Positions 38,365-47,881 of a stretch of DNA of 64,000 nt are shown here, piece by piece. Both the position numbers and the translations under genes were made by a program. The notes beneath the pieces were generated by a model, which did no database searches, was not told the origin of the DNA, and was given only the letters and a program-made list of their open reading frames with translations. This stretch comes from a virus. Its lineage: Duplodnaviria; Caudoviricetes. Each line of letters begins with the position of its first letter. Position 1 is the first letter of the stretch. Where the stretch lies: positions 246,883-310,882 of the IMG/VR virus record IMGVR_UViG_3300011559_000001; one strand, written 5' to 3'.

Positions 38365-39667
38365 TACCCGTTACGTCCCTCGTGCTTCGCTGCTCCAGTA
38401 CGTGGACGGCAGTGCGTGGGAAGTAACCTACTACTCGCAGATCCTGGGCCGTGATTCGGAACCGGGTCCGTGGGCCATCGACCGTTCGGCTACCGACCAG
38501 CAGTACGTGCGCATCTCCAACATGGAGTTGAAGGTCACCTCGCCGCTGACTGCTTCGGAAGAAGAGCCCGGCCGCAGCCACAACGTCTCTGGTACCGCTA
38601 CGGTCTATCCGACCCACAAGCCCAACATCGGTGACATGTTCGTGGCCGACATTGGCGATGGTCGGTTGGTTGTGTTTGCCGTGGACGATGTCCAGCGCAA
38701 GACGTACATGAAGGACTCCTACTCGGAGATCACCTACAGCGTGGTGGACTACGTCGACTCGCGCCCGGAGATCACCTCGGACCTGAACCGCAAGACGCAA
38801 AAGCGTACCGTGTTCATGCGGGAGTTCTTGCAGTGGGGTCAGAACCCGCTGCTGCTGGAAGGCGAGTTTGCCGACCTGATGGAGATGAAGAAGATTTACC
38901 GTAACTTGGTGAACTTCTACTTCAAGGACTTCTTCTCGGTCCAGTACAAGACCTTGCTGATCCCCAACCAGAAGCGTGTGGCTTACGATCCGTTCGTCAC
39001 CAACACGATGCTGGAACTGGTGACCTCCGATGAAGTGCAGCTGATCAACCAAGCCCGACGCGTGGTGGTCAGTGCCAACCGTAATACCGACAGCTACACG
39101 CTGTGGGATGCGGTGATGCGCATGGACGTCAGCTACCTCGGTGCAGCGATCCAGCAGGTGCGCCTGCTCGACACCACTGCCTTCCGTGGAATGCCTGAGG
39201 TCAGCAGCATCTACTACACCGGCATCAACCTGGTGGCCTGCCCGCAGGACGCACGCAATGACGTGGACAGCCCCTACGACGCCTCGGCCAATTGCTTCTC
39301 CAGTGGCTCGCTCTTGCAAGCCACTGGCCTGCGTTGGCAGAACCTGCTGCGCTACCTGCCTTCCTCCAATCTGGAAGGCTTCTTCAAGGAGCCGGTCGAT
39401 GCAGGCGATACCCTGCAGGAGCTGCCGGACATCGTCCCGGTCACCATCGATGAGTACTATGTGCTGTCGGAGAAGTTCTACGTCCCCAGCGGACCGATGG
39501 CTTCCAAGCTGGAAGTACTTGTCAAGCAAGGTCTGTCCGGTGAGGCCATCGACAAGGTCACGTTGCTCAGCTTGGCCCGCAATTGCATGAAGTGGCCCAA
39601 CCTTGAGCGTTTCTATTACATGCCGCTGCTCTTCGCATTGATGAAGGTGGCGACGAGGACCAACTAA
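38270..39667 (+). CDS. virion structural protein (phiKZ gp99-like)
   Basis: AGGAG RBS; WEVTYYSQ, PNIGDMFVADIGDG motifs. Confidence 0.6.
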   Translation: MSLIKSGPAAPKPVDPIQVKIHSPNQQTAVVDTRYVPRASLLQYVDGSAWEVTYYSQILGRDSEPGPWAIDRSATDQQYVRISNMELKVTSPLTASEEEPGRSHNVSGTATVYPTHKPNIGDMFVADIGDGRLVVFAVDDVQRKTYMKDSYSEITYSVVDYVDSRPEITSDLNRKTQKRTVFMREFLQWGQNPLLLEGEFADLMEMKKIYRNLVNFYFKDFFSVQYKTLLIPNQKRVAYDPFVTNTMLELVTSDEVQLINQARRVVVSANRNTDSYTLWDAVMRMDVSYLGAAIQQVRLLDTTAFRGMPEVSSIYYTGINLVACPQDARNDVDSPYDASANCFSSGSLLQATGLRWQNLLRYLPSSNLEGFFKEPVDAGDTLQELPDIVPVTIDEYYVLSEKFYVPSGPMASKLEVLVKQGLSGEAIDKVTLLSLARNCMKWPNLERFYYMPLLFALMKVATRTN

Positions 39668-40293
39668 TGCGTAGTCGCGTCATTACGACCTTCTTGCCTG
39701 TCGCGCCGGATCCCAAGTTGCATTCGGCCGCGTACAAGATCTTCCACTACGAGTGGGAGGCCAGTGTGCCCTACACCTACGTGTACACTGAGGATTACAT
39801 GCGTCAGGCGGGACAGCTGGTCAGTGATGCTGGCTACGATGCGCGGTTGCCCAACCAGATGGTGGATGGGCGATACACCATCGCCCAGCTGGCCACGCTG
39901 TTTGAAGAGGGTGCGCAGATCAAATTGCAAAACCCCATCGACGCCAAGAAGTTCTACGATCTGATCGCCGAGCATCTGGAGAACTGGTCCAGTCACTTGC
40001 TGGGTAGCAACAGCTTTGACTATGCCAAGGCGCCGATGGATGACCTGATGCTGCTGTCGCGTTTGGCCGATGAGCTGTATGGGTACGCTGCACGCTTCTT
40101 CCGTCATGAACCGCCACGTGGCCGGTTGGCCCGTCGTCTGGCACAGATGAGCAGTCGCTTCTCTGCGGCAGGACGTACGCGTCGGGTCAAGGCCGATCCG
40201 AATGCACCGGTCGAACGGCCGATCATGCCCAACCACAGTGAGAGCACCAAGATCATTCTCGATAAGGGAATGGGGAGGGATCAGTGGAGCTGA
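39667..40293 (+). CDS. conserved phage protein (phiKZ gp100-like)
   Basis: TAATG coupling; synteny. Confidence 0.55.
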   Translation: MRSRVITTFLPVAPDPKLHSAAYKIFHYEWEASVPYTYVYTEDYMRQAGQLVSDAGYDARLPNQMVDGRYTIAQLATLFEEGAQIKLQNPIDAKKFYDLIAEHLENWSSHLLGSNSFDYAKAPMDDLMLLSRLADELYGYAARFFRHEPPRGRLARRLAQMSSRFSAAGRTRRVKADPNAPVERPIMPNHSESTKIILDKGMGRDQWS

Positions 40294-41639
40294 AGGACTC
40301 GCCCTTGTGGCAAGAGATTCAAGCCATCGCTTTCAACAACGGTGGACCACCGGCGCCGTATGCGTGGAAGGCCACGATCGTGGCCGGTGGCATTGAGGTT
40401 GATCCGTTCAAGGTGATCAGTCTGGACATCTTCCGGGACTTCCGTCAGAACTTTGGCGATGAGGTCGAACTGGAGATGATGATCCCCGCCGGTACGTTTG
40501 CCTACGACATCTACCCCTACCGTCAGGACTTGTTGATCAGCCTGCGTCGGGAAGGCCGTCAGGTGGACTCTGACAACCCGTTGATCTCACCGGACATCGA
40601 AGCCCAGCAGTTGCGTGCAACGCTGGTAGACGACTACTCCGTGGCTGTGGAGGGCATGCGCTCCAGTGCGCAGTCCCGTGAAGCGCTGAACCTGATGGAG
40701 ATCTTGACCGTCAAGGTCCAGCTGATCGATCTGGCGTTGGAAAACGTGCGCCTGCATTCGGTGGGGGGTCTGTTCCGTGACATCACCCCGGCCGATTGCC
40801 TGAAGTACATCTTGACGGCCATTGCCAACGATATTGAGTTGGACGATGAGAACAAGATCAAGGGCGTGGAGATGGTCGAGTCGCCCAACAGCGACAAGTA
40901 CAAACACATCGTCATCCCCTCCGGTACGCGTCTGCCGGACGTACCGATGCTGTTGCAGAAGAAAGTCGGTGGCCTGTACCCCACGGGGATGGGCGCCTAT
41001 CTGTACCGACAGTATTGGTATGTGTTCCCGCTGTATGACCTGACCCGGTTTGACAAGTCGGTCAAGTCGCTCACGCTGATCAACATCCCCACCAACCAGA
41101 TGCCCGGTGTCGAGCGTACCTATCGCACCACGGCCAACCAGGTCATTGCGTTGGTCACTGGCGATGTCAAGCATCTGGACCGTACTGAAGCGGTGATGCA
41201 GAACGAAGGTAACGGCGTGCGTTACTTGGATGCGCGTCGTGCGGTGGACGGCTTTGCCGACACCAGCGAAGGTGAGAACAAAGCCAAGGTGATGCGTGCG
41301 GACAACAACAACGAGTTCATGGCCGAAGGACGTAAGAACGGCCTGAACAACGTGACCACCTCTGGCAACAAGATCACCGCCAACAAGTTTGAAGAGATGT
41401 CCAAGCTCTCCCGCCGTTTGGGTTCGGAGATTCAGTGCATCTGGGAGAACTCGGAGATCGGTGCGATCTATCCGGGCATGCCGGTGAAGTTCATGTACAT
41501 CAAGGACGACCGTGTCCGTGAACTGAAGGGCGTCGTGCTCGGCGCACAGCACTACGTGCAAACCCACGGTGTGGGCGTTACTGAGTCGCGTCATCGTACC
41601 GACTCGACCCTGCACCTTTTCGTTGAACGTGAAACCTAA
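40284..41639 (+). CDS. baseplate hub-type virion protein (phiKZ gp101-like)
   Basis: WYVFPLYD, WENS...IYPGMPVK motifs; synteny. Confidence 0.6.
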   Translation: MELKDSPLWQEIQAIAFNNGGPPAPYAWKATIVAGGIEVDPFKVISLDIFRDFRQNFGDEVELEMMIPAGTFAYDIYPYRQDLLISLRREGRQVDSDNPLISPDIEAQQLRATLVDDYSVAVEGMRSSAQSREALNLMEILTVKVQLIDLALENVRLHSVGGLFRDITPADCLKYILTAIANDIELDDENKIKGVEMVESPNSDKYKHIVIPSGTRLPDVPMLLQKKVGGLYPTGMGAYLYRQYWYVFPLYDLTRFDKSVKSLTLINIPTNQMPGVERTYRTTANQVIALVTGDVKHLDRTEAVMQNEGNGVRYLDARRAVDGFADTSEGENKAKVMRADNNNEFMAEGRKNGLNNVTTSGNKITANKFEEMSKLSRRLGSEIQCIWENSEIGAIYPGMPVKFMYIKDDRVRELKGVVLGAQHYVQTHGVGVTESRHRTDSTLHLFVERET

Positions 41640-41649
41640 AGGAACCCCG

Positions 41650-42162
41650 ATGTCCAATCCCATCCTTACGGGCCAACAGCTGCTGACCAAGCTGGTCAAT
41701 GCAGCCAACCCCGACAAGAAGCAATGGACTGCTGAAGAACTGGTCTTCGGTATTCCCCAGCCGCAGGCAGGTGAGCTCAACTCCAAGGTGAGCGTGCAGG
41801 CCGTCGATACCGCCGCTTACTCTGGCACCAGCTCCATCTCCTTCAACCGCGTGGACCTGGCCTCGGCCTCCCAGTCGCTGCCGGAGGAAATCGAACTGGA
41901 CGGTGAACAGAACACCTTGCAAGTGGCTGCGCGGCTGCGTGAGCTGTACAAGGTGAACATCGAAGATGAAGACATCATCGATGAAGAACTGCCGTTGGGC
42001 GATGGTGGCGTGATCACCCAGGTCATCAAGGCCGCCCCGCGTTCGCTGAAGTGGGTGGGCCAGATCACCATCTTGCTGACCCCGCGCGTCATCCCGTTGG
42101 ATGAGATCTTCGTGGTCACCGAGCTGGACGGCCTGACGCTGGAACAGCTGGCCATTCCGTAA
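41650..42162 (+). CDS. putative virion (tail/baseplate) protein
   Basis: AAGGA RBS; FNRVDL and SLKWVGQ segments. Confidence 0.5.
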   Translation: MSNPILTGQQLLTKLVNAANPDKKQWTAEELVFGIPQPQAGELNSKVSVQAVDTAAYSGTSSISFNRVDLASASQSLPEEIELDGEQNTLQVAARLRELYKVNIEDEDIIDEELPLGDGGVITQVIKAAPRSLKWVGQITILLTPRVIPLDEIFVVTELDGLTLEQLAIP

Positions 42163-42167
42163 GAACA

Positions 42168-42202
42168 GCATAAGCCCCCGCCCTTCGGGGCGGGGGTCTA
42201 TG
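42168..42202. terminator. bidirectional hairpin terminator
   Basis: GCATAAG-CCCCCGCCC-TTCG-GGGCGGGGG-TCTATG. Confidence 0.75.
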
Positions 42203-42206
42203 TCGG

Positions 42207-42647
42207 TTACTTCTTTTCGACCTTGTACCACGGACGCTCGTCGCCCGGCTGCGGGTTCCACGGACTGACGGCCACGAACGTGTAGCCCTTCAGTTCGGAG
42301 AGCATGCACACCTTGTGCTGACGGTTGTCGAAGTAGTACGCCTCGGTGTAATCGGTCGAAGCCACCTCACAGATGGCATGGCCTTCACCGGTTTCCACAC
42401 GGCACACCACCAGGCGCACGTTCAGTCCCTTGGCCCGGGCCTTGTCCATGCTCACCAGTGCGAACTCTTCGCAGTCGCCGGTGAACTTGGTAATGCCGGT
42501 ACGACCAATGTTCTTCAGCGTGCTGGAGTCTTCCCACTTTTCCAGCAGGCCATGCTTTTCCTGATCGGTGATGTAATTGAACTTCTCACGAAGATCACGG
42601 TGCAGGTTGGACAGTTCCGAAAACTGCCCGCGTTCAAAACCGGCCAT
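42207..42647 (-). CDS. transglutaminase-like cysteine proteinase (BTLCP/LapG family) catalytic domain
   Basis: YITDQ..W, GDCEEFA, GEGHAI, FDN Cys-His-Asp triad; GGAGG RBS and TGATG coupling. Confidence 0.8.
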   Translation of the reverse strand: MAGFERGQFSELSNLHRDLREKFNYITDQEKHGLLEKWEDSSTLKNIGRTGITKFTGDCEEFALVSMDKARAKGLNVRLVVCRVETGEGHAICEVASTDYTEAYYFDNRQHKVCMLSELKGYTFVAVSPWNPQPGDERPWYKVEKK

Positions 42648-42808
42648 CAGCATGCTCCTCCACGTTTACGAAGATCCACGCAACCGGGCGGAGGCGTGGT
42701 GACACCATCGGTTTGCAGCGGCGCCGACGGACGCGTTTCCTTCTGCGCGCAGGCGACAAGCCCGCTCAGACACAGCGTCATCACAGACGCCAGCAAAAGC
42801 TTCTTCAT
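42647..42808 (-). CDS. 53-aa predicted lipoprotein (not in the ORF track)
   Basis: MKKLLLASVMTLCLSGLVAC lipobox, ends PPPGCVDLRKRGGAC. Confidence 0.7.
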   Translation of the reverse strand: MKKLLLASVMTLCLSGLVACAQKETRPSAPLQTDGVTTPPPGCVDLRKRGGAC

Positions 42809-42899
42809 GGGGGTGGTACTCCGGCTATGAGGTATCTATACCATGGCGTAATTGCTTACACCCTCTGTGAATGCTGTGTCTACGTCCAGATAAAACGAC

Positions 42900-43574
42900 A
42901 TGAAAACCAGTCCTCTGCATTTCCCGCGTTTCCTCGTGATCGAAGGTCCCGACGGTTCGGGCAAAACCACCCAGCTGGAGATGCTGAGGGATTTCCTGGT
43001 CCGCAAGGGCCAGACGGTGATCGTGGCGCGTGAACCGGGTGGTACCAAAGTCGGTGAAGGCATCCGCACGTTGTTCAAAGAGAACTTCGGCGACACCCAT
43101 CCGATGACCGAAGCGCTGATGATGCTCGCTGCCCGCAACCAGCTGTACTGCGAGGTGATCCATCCGGCCCTGTACGAACAGCAGACCTGGGTGCTGACCG
43201 ATCGTCACCATCCCTCGATGTACGCCTACCAAGGCGCCGGCCATCAGCTGGGCTTTGGTGTGCTCAACGACCTGCGCGCTGGTATGGGCGATATGGATGT
43301 CACTGCCCATGGCACGGTCATCCTGAGTGTGTCCGCTGAAGAGCGTGAGCGCCGGATGGACGAGCGCGGTGGGCGTGATGCCATCGATGATGCGGACTTG
43401 GATTTCCGCAAGCGGGTGGCTGAGGCCTACCACGAGATCATCAACGGCAACTGGCACCTCAAGCTGGGCATCCTGCATGATGTCAACGGCCAGGGTACGG
43501 CGCAGGAAGTCCACGAGCGTATCCTCGATGCGTTCTACTGCGACCTCAAGCATCTGGAGGACGTGGCGGCATGA
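42900..43574 (+). CDS. tmk: thymidylate kinase
   Basis: EGPDGSGKTTQ, REPGGT, DR..S.YAYQG. Confidence 0.95.
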   Translation: MKTSPLHFPRFLVIEGPDGSGKTTQLEMLRDFLVRKGQTVIVAREPGGTKVGEGIRTLFKENFGDTHPMTEALMMLAARNQLYCEVIHPALYEQQTWVLTDRHHPSMYAYQGAGHQLGFGVLNDLRAGMGDMDVTAHGTVILSVSAEERERRMDERGGRDAIDDADLDFRKRVAEAYHEIINGNWHLKLGILHDVNGQGTAQEVHERILDAFYCDLKHLEDVAA

Positions 43575-44086
43575 CGGAGTTCACCGACGTCAACACGCTG
43601 GGCGAACTGCAAAAGCAACTGCGCTCTCCGGAGAACGACCTACAGCACATGAAGCAGCAGTTGTTCGTCCTGTCCCAGATCCTGTTCCTGCAAGGGGACA
43701 AGGAAGAAGGGCTGGAGCGTGCAGCGCTGGGCGGCATGTACTTTGCCATGCAACGGTTGCGTGAGCTGTGGCACCAGCCTGACCAACACACCAAGTCACT
43801 GGAAGAGCTGGCAGAGATCTACGCCGGTGTTGAACTCAAGCGGTTCATCTCCTCCCGCGAAGCGGTGCAGGAGAAAGCCAACGAGTTCAAGGAAGACTAC
43901 ATCCGGGTCAACGCCCATCGCTTTGAAGTCAACGGGCGTGAGTTCTTCGTCCTGTCCAGTCCGGCCAAACAAACCACCCGAGAAGGTAAGCAGCTGCTCC
44001 CCGGCGAAGTGATCGAAACCGCCGATCCTGGCGTGCCGAACTTCATGGAGATCGCGCAGTACCTTATCAACAATCAAGGAAAGTAA
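43571..44086 (+). CDS. hypothetical protein
   Basis: ATGA coupling with tmk. Confidence 0.6.
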   Translation: MTEFTDVNTLGELQKQLRSPENDLQHMKQQLFVLSQILFLQGDKEEGLERAALGGMYFAMQRLRELWHQPDQHTKSLEELAEIYAGVELKRFISSREAVQEKANEFKEDYIRVNAHRFEVNGREFFVLSSPAKQTTREGKQLLPGEVIETADPGVPNFMEIAQYLINNQGK

Positions 44087-44980
44087 TTGATGAGCAAGGT
44101 CCTGTGTCTCTACCACGATGACTGCTACGACGGTCTGGGTGCTGCGTGGGCGCTGTCCAAGCGCTTCCCCGATGCAGAGTTCCTGCCGGTGCGTTACAAC
44201 GAGCCGGCTCCGGACGTGCTGGACCGCGACGTGTATATCGTCGACTTCTGCTACCCGATTGAAGAACTGCGCTTGATGCTGGTCAGCTCGGCATCGCTGC
44301 ACATCTTCGACCACCACAAGGGCATGGACACCACGGTTGCCCAGTTCAACCTGCTGGTGCGTGATCTGGGGCTGCCGCGTTCGCAGTTCTGCGCCATCTT
44401 CGATGCCTCACGCTCTGGCGCCAAACTGACGTGGGAACAGCTGATGCCCGGCCAGCCGGTGCCGCAGATCATCGAACACATCAGCGACCGCGACCTGTGG
44501 GCCTTCGAGCTGGAAGACACCAAGGCGGTGATGGCAGGACTGGGTACGTATGAGATGTCCCTGCGTACGTGGGATGCCTTGTTCCGTTGGGAACCCAATG
44601 ATTGGAATGAACCCGACGGCGCCCACCAAGCAGGCGTGGACATGCTCGAAGGGGAAGGTCGTCCGATCCTGCGCAAGATGCAGCAGGACATCAACCGCAT
44701 TCGCGCCCTGTCCGAACGTACGATCGAACTGGGCGGTTACACCGTCCCGCTGATCAACGTACCGCGCACCCTGATCAGTGAAACCCTGGAACAAGCTGCC
44801 CTCGGTCAGCCGTTTGCGGTGGGGTATTTCGATGGTCCTGAGTATCGCGAGTACTCCTTGCGCTCCACCAAGGGCGAGGGACTGAACCTGATCGAACTGG
44901 CCCAGTCGTTGGGTGGTAACGGTCATCCCCATGCTGCCGGCTTCCGAGTCGACCGTTCCCATCCACTTGCACAGATCTGA
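44087..44980 (+). CDS. DHH/DHHA1 phosphoesterase
   Basis: YH..C.DG, IVDF, DHH, DRDLW, GGNGHPHAAGF. Confidence 0.9.
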   Translation: MMSKVLCLYHDDCYDGLGAAWALSKRFPDAEFLPVRYNEPAPDVLDRDVYIVDFCYPIEELRLMLVSSASLHIFDHHKGMDTTVAQFNLLVRDLGLPRSQFCAIFDASRSGAKLTWEQLMPGQPVPQIIEHISDRDLWAFELEDTKAVMAGLGTYEMSLRTWDALFRWEPNDWNEPDGAHQAGVDMLEGEGRPILRKMQQDINRIRALSERTIELGGYTVPLINVPRTLISETLEQAALGQPFAVGYFDGPEYREYSLRSTKGEGLNLIELAQSLGGNGHPHAAGFRVDRSHPLAQI

Positions 44981-44988
44981 GGTCTGTC

Positions 44989-45579
44989 ATGCTCAACTCG
45001 CTTCAACGGGCCTATCTCAAAGAGAAGGCCACCCAATACCTGCCGGTGATCATCGCGCTCCTGATGGCGTTTGTCACCTGGTCCAACTACGCCTACCATG
45101 GCTGGAAGGGTCTGCTGGGCGCTGTTGCACTGTTTATCGCCGTCATCGCCTACTGTGTCCATCTGTTGCAGGATGGCGATGCCATGAACAAGCGCCTGCG
45201 CGAGCGGGTCTTTGAAGAGACCACCCGGGCCAATCGTGCTGAGCTCGAACGCGATGCGCTGCAATTGCAGGTGGACAGTCTGTCCCGCCCGCCGACGGCC
45301 GAAGACATTCGTCGTGCTGCCGAACAGCTCAATCGCTTCGAGTCAGCCAGTTCGATGCACATCGGCTCGGCCAGTCGCATGGACATCGGTCCGGCAATGA
45401 TTGGCGGTAAGCTGTCGTCGACATTCGTTAAGGTCCGCAAGACCCCCGAGTCGGGCGACACCATCGACGATCAGATGAGGCTTGCCCATGATCTGGCCAA
45501 TGGCCCGACGGTGGCTGAATTGCTGCCGTGTGTCGCACTGGCCGCTCAGATCAAGGACGCCTCCAAGGGAATGTCATGA
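44989..45579 (+). CDS. two-TM protein with coiled coil
   Basis: Two N-terminal hydrophobic helices. Confidence 0.55.
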   Translation: MLNSLQRAYLKEKATQYLPVIIALLMAFVTWSNYAYHGWKGLLGAVALFIAVIAYCVHLLQDGDAMNKRLRERVFEETTRANRAELERDALQLQVDSLSRPPTAEDIRRAAEQLNRFESASSMHIGSASRMDIGPAMIGGKLSSTFVKVRKTPESGDTIDDQMRLAHDLANGPTVAELLPCVALAAQIKDASKGMS

Positions 45580-45845
45580 TCGAGGAAGTCGGCTCTGAAA
45601 TACTGTGTCGTCGCGCCACCGACTTCAAGTCGGAGTACGATCGCTTGGCTGATCTCTACGGTCGTCGGATGACGCAGTCCATCGCGTTGTTCTACCTGCT
45701 CATGATGGTGGGTATCGGCTTGGGCATGTTGGATGTCCCCTACGTCCCCAAGACCTGTGGAGTGTTGGTGGTACTCTCGTTCATTCGACTGTGCTACTAC
45801 AGCTCCAAGTTCAACACGCTGATCCAGCTTGAGAAAGAAGAGTAA
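45576..45845 (+). CDS. small two-TM protein (holin candidate)
   Basis: Two hydrophobic helices; upstream of the endolysin but separated by a terminator hairpin. Confidence 0.45.
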   Translation: MIEEVGSEILCRRATDFKSEYDRLADLYGRRMTQSIALFYLLMMVGIGLGMLDVPYVPKTCGVLVVLSFIRLCYYSSKFNTLIQLEKEE

Positions 45846-45918
45846 CGATAAAGCCCCCACCTTCGGGTGGGGGTTTATGCCCATCCTATGTAGTTTGTCT
45901 TTACTAGGAGATAGTGGC

Positions 45919-46734
45919 ATGTTGCTGCGACTGAATGACCGCGGTGATGCGGTCAAAGACCTGCAGACCAAGCTCGGTCTGAAGGCGGACGGGCACTTTG
46001 GCCCGCTCACCCAAGCTGCTGTGATCGCATTCCAAAAGAAGGTGGGGCTGTCCGCCGACGGAATCGTGGGTCCGGCTACGTTCGCCAAGCTGGGCGTCAA
46101 GGAAGAGATCGTTGTGTCGGCCGGTGTGCTGACCAAGGAAGACTTCATCAATGCCGGCAAGTTGCTGGGTTGCCATCCGGGCATGGTCGAAGCACTGGCC
46201 CTGAAGGAAACCCACGGTAAGGCGTTCCTGCCCGATGGCCGTCCGACCATCCTGTTCGAACGTCACCAGTTCTACAAGCGCATCCCGATCGTGCGTAAGG
46301 CCGGCCAGACCCAAGCCTCACTGATCGCTGTGCGTGACCAAGCGGCCAAGGTTGATGGCGACATCTGCTCGTCGGTGCGTGGCGGCTACAAGGGCGGTGC
46401 GGCGGAGTACGACCGTCTGGCTCGCGCCCAGAAGTACTCGGACACCGCGGCGCTGGAATCGGCCAGCTGGGGTCAGTTCCAGGTCATGGGCTTCAACGCG
46501 GTGGCCATCGGCTATCCCAGCGTGCAGGAGTTCGTGCGCTTGATGTACCAGGGTATCGATCAGCACCTGATCGCGCTGGTGCGTTTCATCCTGGCCACCC
46601 CCAAGGCGCTCAAGGGTATCCGTGAGCAGAACTTCGCCATGCTGGCCGGTGCGTACAACGGTCCGGCCTATGCCGAGAACAAGTACGACACGGACCTGCA
46701 GAAGTACTTCAACCAGGTGAAAGGTAAGTACTGA
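45919..46734 (+). CDS. modular endolysin: PG-binding domain + N-acetylmuramidase (DUF3380-like)
   Basis: DGHFGPLT/DGIVGPAT; ILFERH, SASWGQFQVMGFN, YNGPAY. Confidence 0.9.
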   Translation: MLLRLNDRGDAVKDLQTKLGLKADGHFGPLTQAAVIAFQKKVGLSADGIVGPATFAKLGVKEEIVVSAGVLTKEDFINAGKLLGCHPGMVEALALKETHGKAFLPDGRPTILFERHQFYKRIPIVRKAGQTQASLIAVRDQAAKVDGDICSSVRGGYKGGAAEYDRLARAQKYSDTAALESASWGQFQVMGFNAVAIGYPSVQEFVRLMYQGIDQHLIALVRFILATPKALKGIREQNFAMLAGAYNGPAYAENKYDTDLQKYFNQVKGKY

Positions 46735-47465
46735 TGAATCCCATCTCCGTCCGCGACCACGCCTTTGAAGGATTCGAGGGAAACCTTGAAGGCGGGTTCG
46801 AGATCCATGACCAAGCGTCTATGGAAAAGTTCATGCTGCGCTCTGAGCGCGGCGATGGACTGGGTAAGCGTCTGCTGGTCAAGGCACTGGGACTGTTCGT
46901 CTATATCCCCGAGTTGACCTTCGACAAGGAAGACGTGGATATGAAGATCGTCAACCGCATGCTGCGTCATCCGGAGCTGCTGAAGGTGATCGACGATTGG
47001 ATCTCAGTGCCCGACCAGAACCTGCTGCCCAAGCTGCAAGAGGCGATGCGGGTCTTTGGACCGATGCAGAAGAAGACCAACCACGGTAAGCTCTTCCGTG
47101 GCTTCAATCCCAAGAGTGTCGATCAAGACACGATGGGTCTGCAGCGTCGTGGGTGGATGGGCCCCAAGCCCGCCGACTTCCGCGTCGGGGACAAGTTCTC
47201 CTACGTGACCCAGCGTGCCCTGTCCTTCACCCATCACGAAGGTACGGCCAGCGTGTTTGGTGGTGTGGTCATTTCCATCGACCAGAACCGCTATCGCAAT
47301 CAGCTGCTGGAGATCTGTCCGGAGCTGTGCTACGCCATTGGTGAAGCCGATCCGGATTACGCCGGTGCCGACGTGCCGTACTACGTGACCTACGGTGAAC
47401 TGATCCTGCTTCCCAACAAGAAGCCGGTGGAGTTCCAAGTGGTCAGCGTGGGCAAGAAGAAGTAA
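46734..47465 (+). CDS. putative ADP-ribosyltransferase-fold protein
   Basis: LFRG...SFT...YGELIL (R-S-E pattern); N-terminal AFE/GFE/SME sites. Confidence 0.5.
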   Translation: MNPISVRDHAFEGFEGNLEGGFEIHDQASMEKFMLRSERGDGLGKRLLVKALGLFVYIPELTFDKEDVDMKIVNRMLRHPELLKVIDDWISVPDQNLLPKLQEAMRVFGPMQKKTNHGKLFRGFNPKSVDQDTMGLQRRGWMGPKPADFRVGDKFSYVTQRALSFTHHEGTASVFGGVVISIDQNRYRNQLLEICPELCYAIGEADPDYAGADVPYYVTYGELILLPNKKPVEFQVVSVGKKK

Positions 47466-47503
47466 TGAAGTCCCCCACCCTTCGGGGTGGGGGCATATGC
47501 TGT

Positions 47504-47538
47504 CCAACGGGATTTCAACCGCATACTATCCACTTGTG
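47504..47538 (+). promoter_or_regulatory. putative phage early promoter
   Basis: CCAACGGGATTTCAACCGCATACTATCC motif copy directly after a terminator. Confidence 0.55.
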
Positions 47539-47606
47539 GCCGCCCTTACCGATCTCGGTATTTTCTAACAGTAGGACTCCATTCTTTGTTATCACCACCA
47601 ATTCAC

Positions 47607-47879
47607 ATGGCTATGAACTCTGCCCGCAAACTCCCCGACGCCAAGCCCACCTGGGGCAGCTGGCTCAAGCCGCACACCGCCTCCCTGCCGCCCAAGCCGC
47701 AGGAGATCCTGTATTTCGCAGGCCATGCCCCAAAAGAGTGGGATGCTGACAAGCGCCGCACCTACGAATCGATGGAAGCCAGTCTGCTGCGCGATTCGCG
47801 CTTCCGCCATCTGTCGGTCCTGCCGCCCGACAGCCTGTACGTGTACCATCGCGTCCCTACGCCCTCACGAGTCCATTAG
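47607..47879 (+). CDS. hypothetical protein
   Basis: First ORF after the promoter motif. Confidence 0.5.
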   Translation: MAMNSARKLPDAKPTWGSWLKPHTASLPPKPQEILYFAGHAPKEWDADKRRTYESMEASLLRDSRFRHLSVLPPDSLYVYHRVPTPSRVH

Positions 47880-47881
47880 TC

